This document shows positions 17,700 to 21,142 of a stretch of DNA of 21,142 nucleotides, piece after piece (the first letter of the stretch is position 1; each line of letters opens with the position of its first letter). The notes beneath the pieces were generated by a model. It did no database searches. It saw nothing but the letters and a program-made list of their open reading frames with translations, and was not told where the DNA came from. A program made the translations under genes and the position numbers. Source of the stretch: Candidatus Methylomirabilia bacterium (GTDB taxonomy: Bacteria; Methylomirabilota; Methylomirabilia; Rokubacteriales; CSP1-6); assembly GCA_041492755.1 (NCBI GenBank), contig JBGPXN010000075.1:1-21142 (forward strand), written 5' to 3'.

Positions 17700-19005
17700 G
17701 GGCCGCGCGCTTGAGCGGCAGGCGAATGGTGAACACCGCGCCGCCCCCCGGCCGGTTGCCCCAGCGGATCTGTCCGCCGTGCTCCTCGGTCATTTGCGTC
17801 GCAATGGACAGGCCGAGACCCGTTCCCTGCGGCTTCGTCGTGAAGAACGGCTCGAACAGTCGCCGCGCGACCTCGTCGGTGATGCCCGCGCCCGTGTCCG
17901 AGACCGACAGCTCCACCATCTCGCCGTCGAGCCGGCTCGACAGCGTCAGCGCACCGCCCCGCGAGAGCGCTTCCATCCCGTTCTTCACGAGGTTCAGGAG
18001 CGCCTGGCGCAAGAGCCCACGGTCCACTTCCATGTCTGGAATCTGGGAATCCGTCTCCACCTTCACGGTCAGCCCCTGGCGCGTCGCCAGCGGGCGGACG
18101 AAGTCGGCGACCTCTTCCACCAGCGAGTTCACCGACTCCTCCTCGAAGTGCGGTCGCGGAAAGCGCGCGAACGTCAGATATTCCTCGGTGAGCGCGTCGA
18201 GCGTCTTCACCTGATCGCGGATGGACGCGACGAGCGCGGTCGCCTCCTCCGAGTCCGGCGACGTCTGCCCGCGGATGATGTCCTGCAGGATCTCGGCGTT
18301 CAGCTCGATCGCGCTGATGGGATTGCGCACCTCGTGCGCGACCTTGAGCGCGACCCGCCCCACCGTCGCCATGCGCTCGGCGACCAGCAGTTCCTGCTGG
18401 GCGGCCCGCAGGCGACTGAGCGTGCCCGTCAGCTCGACGTTGAGGCGCTCGACTTCACCCCGGGCGCGCCGTTCCCGCTCCACCACCAGCCCGAGCGTCA
18501 CCGCCGGCAGCCCGAAAAGCGCGGACAGGATCACGCCCGGCGTCCAGCCCGCCCACGGCGGCACCAGCCACGCCGAGAGCGTGTAGAGGCCACCGGCGAG
18601 CAGCGCCGCGCCCAGTCCGACCCACGGACCGAAGTAGTACGCGTTGACGGCAACGAGTGGGAAGAACAGCAGGTAGAAGAGGCTGTCGGCGGCACCGGTG
18701 AGACACAGGAGCCAGAACACGAGCAGCAGGTCGACGCCGAGCGCGCACAGGAAGACCGCGCGCGTGTTGCGCGGGTTGACGGTGACGAGCGCGAACACGC
18801 CGACCTTGTAAGCGCCGAACCAGATGACCAGCGAGTAGAGGTCGATCCGGTGACGCGGACGGAGCGGAACGAGGCCGAGGGTGGCCAGACCACCGACCAT
18901 CACGACGGCGAGGAGCACCGCGAAGACGCGCTCATCGTGCTCCAGCAACCGGAAGATCGCGCGCAAGGGCTTTCGATCGGTCGCGGTCACGGGGTCCCCC
19001 GTCAT
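17692..19005 (-). CDS. membrane-bound sensor histidine kinase
   Basis: About 5-6 N-terminal TM segments, coiled coil, H-box 'AHEVRNP', N-box 'NLVKNG', 'DTGAG', 'FEPFFTTK..GTGLGL'; overlaps the regulator start by 8 nt. Confidence 0.93.
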
Positions 19006-19011
19006 GCGCGA

Positions 19012-19629
19012 CTATAACATGCTGCCCGCGTCGCGCTTGGCCCCCATCCGGCCACGCCGCCACGCGAGTACGGTGAGCCAGGCGGCGAGACCGACCAGCG
19101 CGGCCAGCGCCAGCCAGCGCTCCACGCGGTGCACGTCGGTCATCACCCGCTCGAGCTGATCGGTGAAGAGGAAGCCCAGCCCGAAGCCGAACGGCACGCC
19201 CACCAGCGCGGCGGCGCCATCGACGGCGAGGAACTTCCAGAGCGGCACGCGCGCGATCCCGGCGGTGAGGAAGGCCGCCGCGCGCACGCCCATGATGTGA
19301 CGCGCGGTGAAGACGATCTTCACGCCGTGGCGCCGGTACGCCGCCATGAGCCACTCCTCGCGCTCGCGGCTCAGCACGCGGCGCACGATGCGCCACTCGA
19401 GCACGCGCTCGCCCCAGTGATGGCCCACCCAGTAGAGGATCATGTCTCCCGACAGGACCCCGACGAAGCAGACGGGCAGCGCCAGCCACCAGCGCACCAC
19501 GCCTTCGTGGGCGAGCACACCGGCGGCGAGAATGGGCAGCTCTTCGGGAACGGGCGCGCCGAGGCCCGCGGTGAGCAGAACGAGGAAGATGCCGAGGTAG
19601 GTGAACTGCTCGAGAAAGCTGAAGACCAC
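19012..19629 (-). CDS. DedA family membrane protein
   Basis: 'GAPVPEELPILAAGVL', 'GDMILYWVG', 'VFTARHIMGVR...LTAG'; an in-frame TAG just upstream fixes the GTG start at 19629. Confidence 0.9.
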   Translation of the reverse strand: MVFSFLEQFTYLGIFLVLLTAGLGAPVPEELPILAAGVLAHEGVVRWWLALPVCFVGVLSGDMILYWVGHHWGERVLEWRIVRRVLSREREEWLMAAYRRHGVKIVFTARHIMGVRAAAFLTAGIARVPLWKFLAVDGAAALVGVPFGFGLGFLFTDQLERVMTDVHRVERWLALAALVGLAAWLTVLAWRRGRMGAKRDAGSML

Positions 19630-19647
19630 GTCCTATACTGCCACGGC

Positions 19648-20763
19648 ATGAGCGCCCCTCGCCCACGCCTGATCCTGCACACCGAGTCGTCGCTGGGACT
19701 CGGCGGCCAGGAGCTGCGCACGCTCACCGAGATGCGCTGGCTGCTCGACCACGGGTGGCAGGCCCTCCTCGTCTGCCCGCCGGGCAGCCGCCTCCACGCC
19801 GAAGCGCAGTCGGCGGCGCTGCCGATGGCGCCGATCGCCATGCGAAGCAGCGTCGACGTGCGCGCCGGCCTCGCCCTGCGGCGGTTGATCGCCGCCCGCG
19901 GCGTGGATCTCGTGCACACGCACAGCTCGGTGGACAGCTGGCTCGGGGCCGTCGCCGCGCGATCGCTCCGGCGGCCGGCCGTGCGCACTCGCCACGTCAC
20001 CATCCCCATCCGTAGCGCGCTCGTGTACCGGCTCGCCGACCGCGTGATCGCCAGCGGCCAGGCGGCCGCCGACCGGGTCGCCGCCGCCGGCATTCCGCGC
20101 GAGCGCATCGTGGCGATCTCCGCGGGCGTCGACGAGCGGCGATTCCACGCGGGCGTGTCGGGGGCCGGGGTGCGCGCCGAGCTGGCGCTCGCCGGCCCGG
20201 TCGTCGGGCTCGTCGCCAACGTGCGCGGCTCCAAGGGGCACCGCTACTTCCTCGAAGCGGCGCGCGACGTGCTGCGCCAGTGCCCGAACACCCGATTCCT
20301 CATCGTCGGCGATGGCGTGGGATTCGACGACGTCCGCCGGCGCGTGAACGAAATGGAGCTGAGTCGGGAAGTGATCATGACCGGCTTTCGCCGCGACATC
20401 CCGGAAGTGCTCGCCGCGCTCGACGTGCTCGTGCTCCCGTCGATCAAGTCCGAAGCGACCTCGCAGGTCATCCTCCAGTCGTTCGCCGTCGGCACGCCCG
20501 TCGTCGCCACCACCGTCGGTGGCAGCCCGGAGCTCGTCCGTGACGGCGAGACGGGCCGCCTCGTTCCGCCCGCCGACGCGCCCGCCCTGGCCGCCGCGAT
20601 GCTGTCGATGCTCGAAGACCCCGCGCGCGCCCGGTCCATGGCCCGGGCCGGCCAGGCTCTGGTGGGGGCCGCGCACACGCTCGACGCGGTGATGGCCCGC
20701 ACGACCGACGTCTACGCGGAGCTGCTGGCGGCGTCGTCCGCGAGGATCGTGCAGCACGGATGA
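19648..20763 (+). CDS. glycosyltransferase family 4
   Basis: 'ILHTESSLGLGGQE', 'VHTHSSVD', 'KGH', 'LIVGDG', 'GFRRDIPEVL', 'PSIKSEATSQVILQS..GTPVVATTVGG'; ATG 19648 (track start 19129 overlaps dedA antisense). Confidence 0.9.
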   Translation: MSAPRPRLILHTESSLGLGGQELRTLTEMRWLLDHGWQALLVCPPGSRLHAEAQSAALPMAPIAMRSSVDVRAGLALRRLIAARGVDLVHTHSSVDSWLGAVAARSLRRPAVRTRHVTIPIRSALVYRLADRVIASGQAAADRVAAAGIPRERIVAISAGVDERRFHAGVSGAGVRAELALAGPVVGLVANVRGSKGHRYFLEAARDVLRQCPNTRFLIVGDGVGFDDVRRRVNEMELSREVIMTGFRRDIPEVLAALDVLVLPSIKSEATSQVILQSFAVGTPVVATTVGGSPELVRDGETGRLVPPADAPALAAAMLSMLEDPARARSMARAGQALVGAAHTLDAVMARTTDVYAELLAASSARIVQHG

Positions 20764-21142
20764 TCGTGAAGGATCGTGGCTGGCACGTCGACGCTCTGCG
20801 GACCGTCGACGAGCCGGCGGAGCGCGTCGCGCTTGCCGCGTCCACTCACGAGCACGACGACTTCTCGCGCGGCCATGATCGTCGCCATGCCGAGCGTGAC
20901 CGCGCGGTCGCAGACGCCGCCCTGGACGACGTCGTCGGTGAGGATGTATTGCACGGTCGCGGGCAGCAGGGTGACGACACGGGTGAGGGTATCGAAGCGC
21001 GTGCCCGGCTCGTTCGACGCGATGTGCGCGTTCGGTCCGAGCCCCATCATGACCAGATCGAGCCCGCCCGCGGCCGCGATGGCGGCTTCGTAGTCGCCGC
21101 ACATCCGCCGCAGGTCATCCGCGTGGACGGCATACGGACGGC
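20712..21142 (-). CDS. nagB: glucosamine-6-phosphate deaminase (3' part; gene runs off the right edge)
   Basis: 'GGLDLVMMGLGPNAHIASNEPG', 'AVTLGMATIMAAREV', 'VPATILHDH'; frame open to the window end. Confidence 0.85.
   Translation of the reverse strand, partial: RPYAVHADDLRRMCGDYEAAIAAAGGLDLVMMGLGPNAHIASNEPGTRFDTLTRVVTLLPATVQYILTDDVVQGGVCDRAVTLGMATIMAAREVVVLVSGRGKRDALRRLVDGPQSVDVPATILHDHPCCTILADDAASSSA

Overview
High-GC bacterial DNA (roughly 70% by eye; style reminiscent of Ca. Rokubacteria/Methylomirabilota, inference only) carrying 16 plausible CDSs. Left half (1-10537) is an accessory cell-surface/glycan locus. On the minus strand are two large secreted enzymes, a copper-radical (galactose/glyoxal oxidase, AA5-like) oxidase and a CBM + putative glycoside hydrolase. 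Both end in the same strictly alternating (A-B)n Ig-like stalk and are followed by a tiny stand-alone Ig-like gene. Divergently transcribed are a secreted Cys-less rhodanese, a FemAB-like protein of the type found in PEP-CTERM/EPS loci, and a GT2. Up to four sigma-54 (-24/-12) promoters with candidate enhancer palindromes are visible in this half. Right half is envelope/carbohydrate housekeeping: PBP1b, NagD-like HAD, GlgA/GlgM, a secreted intradiol-dioxygenase-like protein, a dedA-sensor kinase-NtrC-type activator-GNAT-like cluster, a GT4 and a partial nagB. Several of these genes look leaderless. No rRNA, tRNA, CRISPR array or transposase was seen.
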